The translations under genes and the position numbers were made by a program. A DNA stretch of 32,000 nucleotides from Candidatus Methylomirabilis limnetica (GTDB lineage: Bacteria; Methylomirabilota; Methylomirabilia; Methylomirabilales; Methylomirabilaceae). A model generated the notes under the pieces. The model saw only the letters and a list, made by a program, of their open reading frames with translations. It was not told where the DNA came from and did no database searches. The DNA lies in contig NZ_NVQC01000030.1 in NCBI RefSeq assembly GCF_003044035.1, forward strand, positions 1 to 32,000, read 5' to 3'. This document shows, one piece after another, positions 1 to 8,527 of the stretch (position 1 is its first letter; each line of letters begins with the position of its first letter).

Positions 1-127
1 TCCGGCATCATCCATCGGTATATCGAGGGGGAACTGACTTCAAAAACCGGGTAACTATCGGGTGCAGCCGATTGCTTTTTAAGGCGGTTGATCCATGCGT
101 GCAGGCGTTTGATCCTGACTTAATATC

Positions 128-416
128 GTAACTACTCAGGTAGATAGGCTGTAGGCTGGTAACTGCTCTAGGTAGATAGACTGTAGGCTTTTAGACTGTA
201 GGAACGCACCATGCACAAAGACTAACAGCCTTCAGCCTACAGCCTAAACACCTATTCAGGTAGATAGACTGTAGGAACGCGCACACAGATGAGCCAGGCG
301 TTTTTCGAATGCGACGCGAAAATTATGGAGACCGAAAAGGTTCTGGGCTCCTTGATTCGGTCCATGCACAAAGACTAACAGCCTTCAGCCTACAGCCTAA
401 ACACCTGAGTAGTTAC
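128..416. mobile_element. Composite or nested MITE-like element with GTAACTACTCAG termini and GGCTGTA/GGCTGAA heptamer arms
   Basis: Starts GTAACTACTCAGGTAGATAGGCTGTAGGCTG (128-158) and ends ...CAGCCTAAACACCTGAGTAGTTAC (416), so the termini are inverted. A second arm GTAACTGCTCTAGGTAGATAGACTGTAGG starts at 159 and a third partial arm TCAGGTAGATAGACTGTAGGAACGC lies at 256-280. A 45-nt block CCATGCACAAAGACTAACAGCCTTCAGCCTACAGCCTAAACACCT occurs twice (209-253, 362-406). The flanks do not match (TTAATATC vs TGAAACGC). Confidence 0.6.
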
Positions 417-425
417 TGAAACGCT

Positions 426-581
426 ACGCTATACATTGCGTCATAAGTCGCAACAACGCACGTCATTCCCGCGAAAGCGGGAATCCAGAAAGGCACTGGA
501 TTCCCCCGTATCAAGTACGGGGCAGGCTTATCAAGTCCGGAATGACAAACTGCCTGAGACTTACGTCGTCATGTATAGCGT
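426..581. repeat. Long imperfect palindrome enclosing a multi-hairpin GC-rich repeat (core 462-546)
   Basis: Perfect 11-bp inverted termini ACGCTATACAT (426-436) and ATGTATAGCGT (571-581). Inner stem GTCATTCC (462-469) pairs with GGAATGAC (539-546). It encloses three hairpins: TTCCCGC-GAAA-GCGGGAA, GGAATCCAG (480-488)/CTGGATTCC (496-504), and CCCCGTA (504-510)/TACGGGG (516-522). Confidence 0.6.
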
Positions 582-731
582 CACCCCCGCCGACCCACGC
601 CATATGCCGCGAGAGGACCCCATCAGGCACACATCACAGGCACAAATCACTGGGACAGGGACAGCGATAGACTTCGCAACCCGTTGTTGGTTTTTTCGGG
701 TGTTCCGTGGGTACCCGGGCCTTCCAGCATT

Positions 732-755
732 CCCTCCCCCCATCGAGGGGGAGGG
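732..755. repeat. GC-rich hairpin repeat CCCTCCCCC-N-GGGGGAGGG
   Basis: CCCTCCCCC (732-740) and GGGGGAGGG (747-755) flank the loop CATCGA. The same motif recurs at 871-891, and in extended form at 28464-28511. Confidence 0.65.
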
Positions 756-870
756 CGCGGGTGGGGGGCGTATGCCATGCACGATGTCAGCGAGTGACAA
801 GCACACGTCCACACAGCCCAAGAGACGCTATAGGTTACGTTCCGAAAGCCTCCGATACCCCCACCTTCAT

Positions 871-891
871 CCTCCCCCATCGAGGGGGAGG
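871..891. repeat. Second copy of the CCTCCCCC-ATCGA-GGGGGAGG hairpin
   Basis: CCTCCCCC (871-878), ATCGA, GGGGGAGG (884-891). Near-identical to the copy at 732-755. Confidence 0.65.
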
Positions 892-1272
892 AGCCACCCT
901 AATTGAGCCCTCCTGTACCCACGCTAATGCCGGAGGAACCTTATTCATTAGCCTGTCATGACATCTTCGTAGGGGCGCCTGCCTGTGCATCGCACGCAGA
1001 CTGGGGGGGGCGATCTCCATGTTGATCGGGAGGGCATAAAGCCCTCCCCTACAGTGCGAGCGCCGGTAGGGTGCGTGGCAATCTCAGTGCAATAATACGA
1101 GATTGCTTCACTTTGTTCGCAATGACAACTTTCTATCGCTGTTCTTGGGACAGGGACAGCGATTGCAATGAAGGCGAGGATGGTGTTATCTTTGGGACTA
1201 TGCTGCGCAAAATATCTATCGAGTCTATTGCGTCCCGGCGTCCTGTCGGTCATGGAGAGTAGAGGCAGGGAG

Positions 1273-3525
1273 ATGAGTCATTCAGGGTTACCGATGTCTT
1301 CCGCGCTTACCGCTGAGGCGATCGAGGCGATTGTTCGGGGTGGGCATGGCGACCCGTTCGCTGTGTTGGGCCCGCATGAGGTGCGCATCGCCTCAGGGCC
1401 ATGCGTCGTCGTGCGCGCCTTCCTCCCGGATGCCAGGGAGGCAACGGTCGTCCCCGCTGATGGCACGAGCAAGGACCAGCCCATGGAGCTGGTGCACCCG
1501 GATGGTCTCTTCGAGGTCGTCGTTCCGACGGCGGGCGGCCTCTTTCCCTATCGACTGCGTGTCGTAGATCAGCAGGGACAGGGATGCGAGATCGAGGACC
1601 CTTACCGTTTTCCCCAGACCTTGAGTGACTATGACCTGCATCTGATTGGCGAGGGCAGCCATCTTAGAAATTATGAAAAGTTGGGGGCCCACCTGATGAC
1701 CCTTGGTGGCGTGCCTGGGGTGTGCTTTGCGGTCTGGGCCCCCAATGCCAAAAGAGTCAGCGTCGTCGGGGACTTCAATAGCTGGGACGGCCGGCGTCAT
1801 CCGATGCGAAATCATCCCGGAAACGGCATATGGGATCTCTTCATCCCGGGACTCGCAGAGGACGCGCTGTACAAATTCGAGATCAAGTCGGCATCCGGCG
1901 AGCCGATTGCCCTCAAAGCCGACCCGTTCGCCTTTGCCTTCGAGCCACCACCCCGAACCGCCTCGCGCGTGTTCAACATTGATGCCTACCGGTGGGGGGA
2001 TGCGTCGTGGATGGACGCGCGAGCACATCAGAACGCGCTTGAGCGACCGGTCGCGATCTACGAGGTGCATCTGGGTTCCTGGATGCGGGTATCTCAGGAG
2101 GGGAATCGTTTTCTGACCTATCGAGAGCTGGCTCACCGGCTTGCGGATTACGTCACCGAGATGGGGTACACCCACGTCGAACTACTCCCGATCACGGAGC
2201 ACCCGTTTTACGGCTCGTGGGGATACCAAACAATCGGCTACTTCGCGCCAACCTGCCGGTATGGAACGCCAACCGACTTCATGTGCTTCGTTGATTACCT
2301 ACATCAGCGCGGGATCGGCGTGATCCTTGACTGGGTCCCATCCCATTTCCCCCGCGACCCGCACGGGTTGGCCTACTTCGACGGGACCCACCTCTATGAG
2401 CATGAAGATCCCCGCAAGGGCGAACATCGCGAGTGGGGCACGCTCACCTTTAATTACGGCCGAAAGGAGGTGGACAACTTCCTGCTGGGCAATGCGCTCT
2501 TCTGGCTTGAACGCTATCACCTGGATGGGCTGCGGGTGGACGCGGTGGCCTCGATGCTCTACCTGGACTATTCCCGGAAACACGGAGAGTGGATCCCTAA
2601 CATCCATGGCGGCAACGAGAATCTGGAGGCGGTCGCCTTCCTTCGGCGGTTCAACGAGCTGGTCTACGAGCGCCATCCTGGCGTGATGACCATTGCTGAA
2701 GAGTCCACAGCATGGCCCCAGGTCTCGCGCCCGACCTACGTAGGCGGGCTCGGCTTTGGGTTGAAGTGGAGCATGGGGTGGATGCATGACATGCTCGGGT
2801 ATATGGCGCTCGACCCAATCCATCGAAGCTACCGCCATAACAACCTGACCTTCGGTCTGCTCTACGCCTTCACCGAAAACTTCACCCTGCCTCTTTCGCA
2901 CGATGAGGTGGTGCATGGGAAAGGCTCACTGCTCGGAAAGATGTCGGGCGATACCTGGCAGAAGTTCGCCAACCTGCGTTGCCTCTCTGTCTACATGTAT
3001 GGGCATCCCGGCAAGAAGCTCTTATTCATGGGAGGGGAGTTCGGCCAGTGGCGCGAGTGGGATCATGACCAGAGCATGGACTGGCACCTCCTTACGGAAG
3101 GCCCCCACCACAAAGGCTTACAGTTACTGATGCGCAACCTGAACCACCTCTACCGGTCACAACCGGCCCTATACGAAGTCGATTTCGAACATCGCGGTTT
3201 CGAGTGGATCGACTGCCATGACTGGCATGGGAGTACCGTCGCCTTCCTGCGCCGGGCGAAGGACCCGAACGACTTTGTGGTAGTGGTCTGTAACTTCACC
3301 CCCGTACCCAGACACGACTATCGCATCGGCGTGCCGACCGGGGGCTACTATGTGGAGCTCCTGAACTCAGACGCCGCGATCTACGGTGGCGGCAACATCG
3401 GGAATGGTGGCGGCATTACGGCAGAACCGATCCCCACTCATGGACGGCCGTTCTCATTGCGCCTCACTATTCCTCCATTGGCCGGATTGATCCTTAAGCC
3501 CACAACCACGCCTGGTCCAGCATGA
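1273..3525 (+). CDS. glgB: 1,4-alpha-glucan branching enzyme (GH13)
   Basis: Long ORF with branching-enzyme signatures in the translation: [12 protein letters not shown] near the N-terminus, [47 protein letters not shown]. The ORF opens at 1168, but the first 35 codons run into the repeat region. ATG 1273 is preceded by AGAGGCAGGGAG. ATG 1252 is an alternative start. Confidence 0.93.
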   Translation: MSHSGLPMSSALTAEAIEAIVRGGHGDPFAVLGPHEVRIASGPCVVVRAFLPDAREATVVPADGTSKDQPMELVHPDGLFEVVVPTAGGLFPYRLRVVDQQGQGCEIEDPYRFPQTLSDYDLHLIGEGSHLRNYEKLGAHLMTLGGVPGVCFAVWAPNAKRVSVVGDFNSWDGRRHPMRNHPGNGIWDLFIPGLAEDALYKFEIKSASGEPIALKADPFAFAFEPPPRTASRVFNIDAYRWGDASWMDARAHQNALERPVAIYEVHLGSWMRVSQEGNRFLTYRELAHRLADYVTEMGYTHVELLPITEHPFYGSWGYQTIGYFAPTCRYGTPTDFMCFVDYLHQRGIGVILDWVPSHFPRDPHGLAYFDGTHLYEHEDPRKGEHREWGTLTFNYGRKEVDNFLLGNALFWLERYHLDGLRVDAVASMLYLDYSRKHGEWIPNIHGGNENLEAVAFLRRFNELVYERHPGVMTIAEESTAWPQVSRPTYVGGLGFGLKWSMGWMHDMLGYMALDPIHRSYRHNNLTFGLLYAFTENFTLPLSHDEVVHGKGSLLGKMSGDTWQKFANLRCLSVYMYGHPGKKLLFMGGEFGQWREWDHDQSMDWHLLTEGPHHKGLQLLMRNLNHLYRSQPALYEVDFEHRGFEWIDCHDWHGSTVAFLRRAKDPNDFVVVVCNFTPVPRHDYRIGVPTGGYYVELLNSDAAIYGGGNIGNGGGITAEPIPTHGRPFSLRLTIPPLAGLILKPTTTPGPA

Positions 3526-3573
3526 GGGCTCTGAGATGATAGCGATCGCTTCTCGCCCACGGAGCATCGGAAT

Positions 3574-5718
3574 ATGACGGACAGACCTACTGAGCAGACC
3601 CTTGACAGAGTGCAGGACAAGCTCCGTTTTCTGCTTGTCCTGCACAACCATCAGCCTCTGGGTAATTTTGATGAGGTGATCCAGACGCTCATGGACAGGG
3701 CCTATCGACCTCTCCTTGAGGCCGTCTACGCCAGACCGACGCTCAAATTCACCCTGCATCTGAGCGGGCCGCTTCTACTGTGGCTGGAGCGCCGAGCGCC
3801 GGATTACCTCGATCTCATTGGCGAATTGGTTCAGCGCGGCCAACTGGAGCTCCTGTCGGGAGGGTTATACGAGCCGATCCTGGCGGCCATTCCACACGAG
3901 GACCGAATCGCCCAGATCACGCTGATGAGCGAGCGCCTTCGATCCCGTTTCGGTGTTCGCCCGCGCGGCCTGTGGCTGACGGAGCGGATCTGGGACAGTG
4001 CGATCATCCCGTCTCTGATAGATGCGGGGGTCGACTATGTCTTGATGGATGACCGAGCCTTTCTCACGTCAGGATTTGAGGCCGAGCGACTGCACGACTA
4101 CTACCTCACCGAAGCGGAGGGCGAGTCGCTTGCTATCTTCCCGATCGATAAGACGCTCCGGTACCTGATCCCGTTTCGCCAGCCGGACGAGATTGAGGCG
4201 CACCTGCGCTGGATCGCACGGATGGGCGGGCGGCTGGCCATCGCGGCTGACGATGGCGAGAAGTTCGGCGGCTGGCCCGGGACGGCAAAGTGGGTCTACG
4301 AGGACGGATGGCTGAAGGGGTTCCTGGACCTACTCGAAGGCGCGAGCGACTGGCTCGTATCGCAGACGGTGAGCGAGGCGTTGGAAGGTGTTCGCCCCGC
4401 CGGCCTCTGCTACCTGCCTACCTGCTCATATATCGAGATGGAAGAATGGTCCCTCGGGCCGGATGGGGGGCGGCGATTTGAAGAACTTAAGGGCCGTCTC
4501 GGCTCGGATGCCGATCGGTTCATGCCGAATCTGCGCGGAGGGCATTGGAAGCATTTCCTGGTCCGGTATCCCGAGGCGAACCGTGCCCACAAGAAGGGTC
4601 TGGCGCTTGGCCGACTGCTGACAGAAGGGCGCGGGGTGAAGCAGGCCAGACTTGAGATCCTCGCGGCTCAGTGTAACGACAGCTACTGGCACGGGGTATT
4701 CGGCGGCCTGTACCTGCCCCATTTGCGGCATGAGATCTGGCGACATCTGGCGCGCGCCGAGGCCCGGATCCGCCGCCGCCAGAAGCTTAAGGTAGAGGCG
4801 ATCGATATCGATTGCGACGGGGCGCCGGAGGTCTGGGTCTCGAGCAGCCGCTTCTCGGCCCAGATACAGCCCCATCGCGGCGGTCGGCTGGTGGAGTGGA
4901 CCGACTTCGCCGGAGAGGTCAATCTTCTTAATACTCTCACGCGCCGCCCAGAGGCCTACCACGACCTGATCAGACGCGCGGCGGCGCAACCCGACAGGCA
5001 GGCGCAAGAAGGTATCCCCGGAATTCACGACCTGCGGCGAGCGACGCCGGCCGATCTGGTGAACGGGCTCTGCTACGATCAATGGGAGCGCGCTGCGTTT
5101 CTCGACCACTTTTTCACTGGGCCCGATCCGCTGTCGGCCTGGGTCCGCGGTCACCTGGACGAGCGGGGTGATTTCATCGAGGCCCTCTGGAACTTCAAGC
5201 CGACATCCAGAGGCGTGGTCCTTGAACGATTAGGACGAGTTCGAACCGAACCCGACCCTTCGACAGAACTCGGGACAGGTCTCAGCCATCCGCTTCACCT
5301 ACGGAAGGAATATGCCTTCACGGATAATCGGAGACTCACTGTCCTCTACCGGATACAAAATCAGGGAAGCGATCGCATGGATGTTCGCTTCGGGGTAGAA
5401 CTGAACTTCTTCCTGCCTAGCCTTGCCTTTGGCCAATCGCTCATCACGCTGGGCGACCAGCGCGTCTCGCTTGATAATCCAGCGTACGCAGCCGAGGTCG
5501 AGCGCTTCACCGTGTCCACCCGGGAGCCGTGCCTACAGCTTCGCGTCGAACTCGACCATCCCGTCATCCTATACACCCACCTGGTAGCAACGGTTTCGCA
5601 ATCGGAAGATGGGTACGAACGAACCGTGCAGGGGGTAGCGGCCATGCCGACCTGGGATCTCTGCCTTGAGCCGGGTCAGGAGTGGACAGGGCGGGTGAGG
5701 GTGACAGTGTCGGGATGA
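3574..5718 (+). CDS. Glycoside hydrolase family 57 protein (alpha-amylase / 4-alpha-glucanotransferase type)
   Basis: 714-aa ORF 49 nt downstream of glgB. N-terminal LVLHNHQPLGNF, then GQLELLSGGLYEPIL and WLTERIWD, as in GH57 enzymes, followed by a long C-terminal extension. Adjacency to glgB fits a glycogen-metabolism role. Confidence 0.85.
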   Translation: MTDRPTEQTLDRVQDKLRFLLVLHNHQPLGNFDEVIQTLMDRAYRPLLEAVYARPTLKFTLHLSGPLLLWLERRAPDYLDLIGELVQRGQLELLSGGLYEPILAAIPHEDRIAQITLMSERLRSRFGVRPRGLWLTERIWDSAIIPSLIDAGVDYVLMDDRAFLTSGFEAERLHDYYLTEAEGESLAIFPIDKTLRYLIPFRQPDEIEAHLRWIARMGGRLAIAADDGEKFGGWPGTAKWVYEDGWLKGFLDLLEGASDWLVSQTVSEALEGVRPAGLCYLPTCSYIEMEEWSLGPDGGRRFEELKGRLGSDADRFMPNLRGGHWKHFLVRYPEANRAHKKGLALGRLLTEGRGVKQARLEILAAQCNDSYWHGVFGGLYLPHLRHEIWRHLARAEARIRRRQKLKVEAIDIDCDGAPEVWVSSSRFSAQIQPHRGGRLVEWTDFAGEVNLLNTLTRRPEAYHDLIRRAAAQPDRQAQEGIPGIHDLRRATPADLVNGLCYDQWERAAFLDHFFTGPDPLSAWVRGHLDERGDFIEALWNFKPTSRGVVLERLGRVRTEPDPSTELGTGLSHPLHLRKEYAFTDNRRLTVLYRIQNQGSDRMDVRFGVELNFFLPSLAFGQSLITLGDQRVSLDNPAYAAEVERFTVSTREPCLQLRVELDHPVILYTHLVATVSQSEDGYERTVQGVAAMPTWDLCLEPGQEWTGRVRVTVSG

Positions 5719-5914
5719 GCGGGTGGGCTTGGCTGATCCTGGAACCGCCAGAAGTCCTCGGCATTTAGTCGTTCGGCGAGTCCCAGGTCACCATCAAGAC
5801 GCTGGTCAAGACCCTGCCTCAGAGGCAAAGGGATGTAGCGCGCGAATTTAGAAGGCGGACTAAAGTGACCTTTGGAAAAGAGGGGATCGAGAGCCTCCAT
5901 CCAAAAGAGCATCT

Positions 5915-5944
5915 GGCGGCTGATGGCTGCCCGCTGTTTTTTTT
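5915..5944 (+). terminator. Weak candidate intrinsic terminator after the glgB-GH57 pair
   Basis: GGCGGC (5915-5920) pairs with GCTGCC (5926-5931) with one G-U pair and loop TGATG. After 5 nt comes a T8 run (5937-5944). The stem is short and separated from the T run. Confidence 0.25.
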
Positions 5945-5953
5945 GAAAGCATC

Positions 5954-5983
5954 TTGACCTCCCTCTTAGACTGGCAGTAAGAT
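5954..5983 (+). promoter_or_regulatory. Candidate sigma70-type promoter for the TPR gene
   Basis: TTGACC (5954-5959), an 18-nt spacer, then TAAGAT (5978-5983), about 45 nt upstream of ATG 6029. Pattern match only. Confidence 0.3.
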
Positions 5984-6028
5984 GACAGTACAGTTGTTTT
6001 GGCTGCCCCTGTAAGGAAGGAGATCTGC

Positions 6029-6646
6029 ATGCAGTGCGAGATGGTCCCGAAAACTCTTGAGGCATGTTGCAAGGCCGTTGAGCTGAATCCTGAGAACGTC
6101 GAAGCCCGGTATCAGCTTGCACTGGCGTACCATCAGGCGAGGCGGGTGAAGGAAGCGATAGCGGAGATGCAACGAGTGGTCATTCTGGATCCTAAGTACC
6201 TCGCCGCCCACTGTCAACTCAGCCTTTGGTATTACGGGCGATGCATGTTCCACGCCGCCATTGAAGCCACCAAAAAGGTCTTGGTCCTGGACCCCACCAA
6301 CCCTTGGGCCAACTATCGAATAGCGAGGTCCTACTTCCATCTGGGCAAGCTGGACCTGGCCATACAGAGTTTTGGGAAGGTGCTGGAGGCGGACCCCACC
6401 CATATCATCGTGCATTACGACCTTGGCATTATCTATGAGCGGAGACGGATGTGGCACGACGCGATCCGGGAATTCTCACAGGTGGTGTCCGAGAATCCTG
6501 AGGATTCCTCCTCCCACTTCCACCTGGGACTTGCCTATAAGCGGCTGGGAAACCGCGACCTGGCCGTCGGGGCATTCATGGCGGCCCTGAATCTCAATGC
6601 CGAAGACACCGCGTCCCTCGAACAGTTGCACGCCCTCCAAGGGTAA
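6029..6646 (+). CDS. Tetratricopeptide (TPR) repeat protein
   Basis: Repeated ~34-aa units with the A..Y.LA.AY...G....A pattern (YQLALAYHQARRVKEAIAEMQRVV, YRIARSYFHLGKLDLAIQSFGKVL, HFHLGLAYKRLGNRDLAVGAFMAAL). The ORF opens at TTG 5999, but ATG 6029 follows AGGAAGGAG (6014-6022). Confidence 0.8.
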   Translation: MQCEMVPKTLEACCKAVELNPENVEARYQLALAYHQARRVKEAIAEMQRVVILDPKYLAAHCQLSLWYYGRCMFHAAIEATKKVLVLDPTNPWANYRIARSYFHLGKLDLAIQSFGKVLEADPTHIIVHYDLGIIYERRRMWHDAIREFSQVVSENPEDSSSHFHLGLAYKRLGNRDLAVGAFMAALNLNAEDTASLEQLHALQG

Positions 6647-6798
6647 CCCCAGCCTCTCAGAGCCAGGCCGGCCCCACGCTGAGATCGATCAGTGGCAACG
6701 GCACATACGGATCATGCTCGCTCGCAGCTTCCAGAGCGCCCTGACAACTCCTCGGAAACCACGGAGAATCGCCGCAATCGGTGGAACTCTGAGGCGTG

Positions 6799-6820
6799 GG
6801 GTATGCTGGCCAGCATACCC
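6799..6820. repeat. 22-bp perfect palindrome GGGTATGCTGG/CCAGCATACCC
   Basis: Read directly from the sequence. The 11-nt half sites are exact reverse complements. It lies 150 nt after the TPR stop and 80 nt before the island start. No U-tract follows. Confidence 0.7.
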
Positions 6821-6901
6821 ACTCATTAGCCGCCATCGCTTAGGGTCCTTTCCGGGTAACTTCGTACCTGGTATTATGTGAAGGTGGGGAGAAATTGAGT
6901 C

Positions 6902-7186
6902 ATGAGAAGGATTTCCAAGGTTAAGGTCTTGCCAGGGTATCGGCTGGAGTTGGAATTCGACGATGGGGTATGTGGCATTGTGGATCTCTCTGAAACCGTC
7001 GGCAAGGGTGTGTTCGCCCTGTGGCGCGACCCGCTCGTCTTCGATCAGGTTCGTATCGGTTCATTCGGAGAACTGGTCTGGGACGACCGGATTGATCTGT
7101 GCCCGGATGCACTCTACCTCAAGGTAACGGGCAAGAAACCGGAAGACATTTTCCCTGCGCTACGCGGCCAGCCCACCCATGCCTGA
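6902..7186 (+). CDS. DUF2442-family small protein
   Basis: ISKVKVLPGYRLELEFDDGVCGIVDLSETVGKGVFALWRDPLVFDQVRI...LVWDDRIDLCPDALY matches my memory of the DUF2442 consensus. GGTGGGGAG lies upstream of the ATG. Overlaps the next gene by 8 nt. Confidence 0.8.
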   Translation: MRRISKVKVLPGYRLELEFDDGVCGIVDLSETVGKGVFALWRDPLVFDQVRIGSFGELVWDDRIDLCPDALYLKVTGKKPEDIFPALRGQPTHA

Positions 7187-7439
7187 GATCAGCCGTTTCT
7201 TCGGCATCGTCATCAAGATGTTCTTCGACGATCATAACCCGCCGCACTTTCATGCAGAGTATGGCGGCGACCTTGCCTTGATCGATATCCGAACTCTGGC
7301 CGTATTTTCCGGACGGTTGCCGCCTCGCGTAACAGGTCTTGTGATTGAGTGGGCGACGCTTCATCAGCGGGAGCTTCTCGCCGATTGGGATAGGGCACGA
7401 GCGCAGGAGGAACTTCAGAAGATCGCGCCCTTGGAATGA
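7179..7439 (+). CDS. DUF4160-family small protein
   Basis: MPEISRFFGIVIKMFFDDHNPPHFHAEYGGDLALIDI... is the canonical DUF4160 N-terminus with the H-x-PPHFH motif. The 8-nt overlap with the DUF2442 gene suggests translational coupling. Confidence 0.8.
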   Translation: MPEISRFFGIVIKMFFDDHNPPHFHAEYGGDLALIDIRTLAVFSGRLPPRVTGLVIEWATLHQRELLADWDRARAQEELQKIAPLE

Positions 7440-7511
7440 GACTGGATCCGGTACGATTTACCGCAGGCTTAGTGGCAGCATACCTAATAGTTCGGCTAAA
7501 GGAGAATAAAC

Positions 7512-8381
7512 ATAGACTTTGTCAAGTTCGAACCGATCTCGATCCGTAACCATCCTGAACTAAACGAGCGATGGGTCCAAGACCGGATTGCCGAGGACCC
7601 GTCCATACTCGGACTTGGGGATGTCGTGTTGAAGGACCGTGAACGCATGCAGCCCAAAGCCGGACGACTCGATTTGCTTCTTCAGGATGTGGAGTCAAGC
7701 CGCCGATACGAGGTCGAGATTCAACTCGGCGCCACGGATGAGAGCCACATCATCCGCACTATCGAGTACTGGGATATCGAACGGAAGCGCTATCCGCAAT
7801 ACGAGCACACAGCCGTCATCGTTGCCGAAGATATTACGAGCCGCTTCCTCAATGTAATCAACCTGTTTAACGGGACGATTCCTCTAATCGCCATCCAAAT
7901 GCGCGCCCTTCAGTCGGGCGGCAAGGTGGGCCTCGTGTTCACGACTATCGTTGACCTCCTTTCACTCGGCCTCGTTGATGAAGATGAAGAAGGACAGGAG
8001 CCGACGGACCGGGCATACTGGGAGACGCGGGGATCTAAAAAGACCGTCGCTATGGCTGACCAACTCCTTACCATTGCCAAGGCACACGACCCAACCCTAG
8101 AACTAAAATACAACAAGTTCTACATTGGTCTCGCCCGAAACGGGCAACCGTGCAACTTTGTCGTCTTTCGTCCAAAGAAGGGATTCATCCGATTTGAGGT
8201 CAGACTCAGGAACTCGCCTGAGACCCAGGAGCGTTTGGAGTCAGCAGGTCTGGATGTCATGGATTACGACAACCGCTGGGGGTACTACCGCATAAGACTC
8301 CAGCCAGGAGAACTCGACAAGCACAAGCTGATACTGTCTGACGTGATTGCTGAAGCATATGCGGCAAGCGCACAGAAATGA
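7512..8381 (+). CDS. PD-(D/E)XK / NucS-like nuclease-fold protein with a DUF5655-like C-terminal domain
   Basis: Core GRLDLLLQD...RRYEVEIQLGATDESHIIRTIEYW resembles restriction-endonuclease-fold D...E.Q/K motifs. The C-terminus (ELKYNKFYIGLARNGQPCNFVVFRPKKGFIRFEVRL...WGYYRIRLQPGEL) resembles DUF5655. The supplied ORF starts at GTG 7626, but the frame is open from 7500 and the upstream translation looks genuine. AGGAG (7500-7504) lies 7 nt before ATA 7512. The start is uncertain. Confidence 0.7.
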   Translation: MDFVKFEPISIRNHPELNERWVQDRIAEDPSILGLGDVVLKDRERMQPKAGRLDLLLQDVESSRRYEVEIQLGATDESHIIRTIEYWDIERKRYPQYEHTAVIVAEDITSRFLNVINLFNGTIPLIAIQMRALQSGGKVGLVFTTIVDLLSLGLVDEDEEGQEPTDRAYWETRGSKKTVAMADQLLTIAKAHDPTLELKYNKFYIGLARNGQPCNFVVFRPKKGFIRFEVRLRNSPETQERLESAGLDVMDYDNRWGYYRIRLQPGELDKHKLILSDVIAEAYAASAQK

Positions 8382-8465
8382 GCGCTGAGCCAGCGCATGT
8401 ACGGGACGGCGCACTGCCGCCCCTGATGCGGAGGTTAGGCAGGCAAGGCTTCACGCCGGATGCGT

Positions 8466-8494
8466 TTGACAAGTGTTACCGTGTGTGGTAACAA
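8466..8494 (+). promoter_or_regulatory. Candidate promoter with an embedded operator-like palindrome for the second DUF4160-type cassette
   Basis: TTGACA (8466-8471), a 17-nt spacer, then TAACAA (8489-8494). The inverted repeat TGTTACC (8474-8480) / GGTAACA (8487-8493) fills the spacer and overlaps the -10 element. Confidence 0.35.
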
Positions 8495-8527
8495 TATCAA
8501 ATGGGAAAGGTCCGGCGAGGTGGCTAC

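Noticed and set aside
436-1262. Supplied ORFs 436-906, 561-821, 647-880, 707-961, 835-1020, 948-1253 and 1071-1262 as protein-coding genes
   Set aside because: They overlap one another on both strands and in several frames, and they coincide with palindromic repeats. Their translations are low-complexity repeat peptides (PPPIEGEG, PSRGRS and similar). No start context or family motif is recognisable.
5676-6122. 148-aa minus-strand ORF between the GH57 and TPR genes
   Set aside because: Its 5' part overlaps the TPR start and promoter region and its 3' end overlaps the GH57 stop. No internal ATG has a convincing ribosome-binding site, and I recognise no motif. A decayed gene fragment in 5720-5910 cannot be excluded.
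6597-6881. 94-aa plus-strand ORF between the TPR gene and the island
   Set aside because: It overlaps the TPR gene's 3' end. It has no ribosome-binding site and an Arg/Pro-rich translation, and it spans the 22-bp palindrome. It is most likely non-coding.
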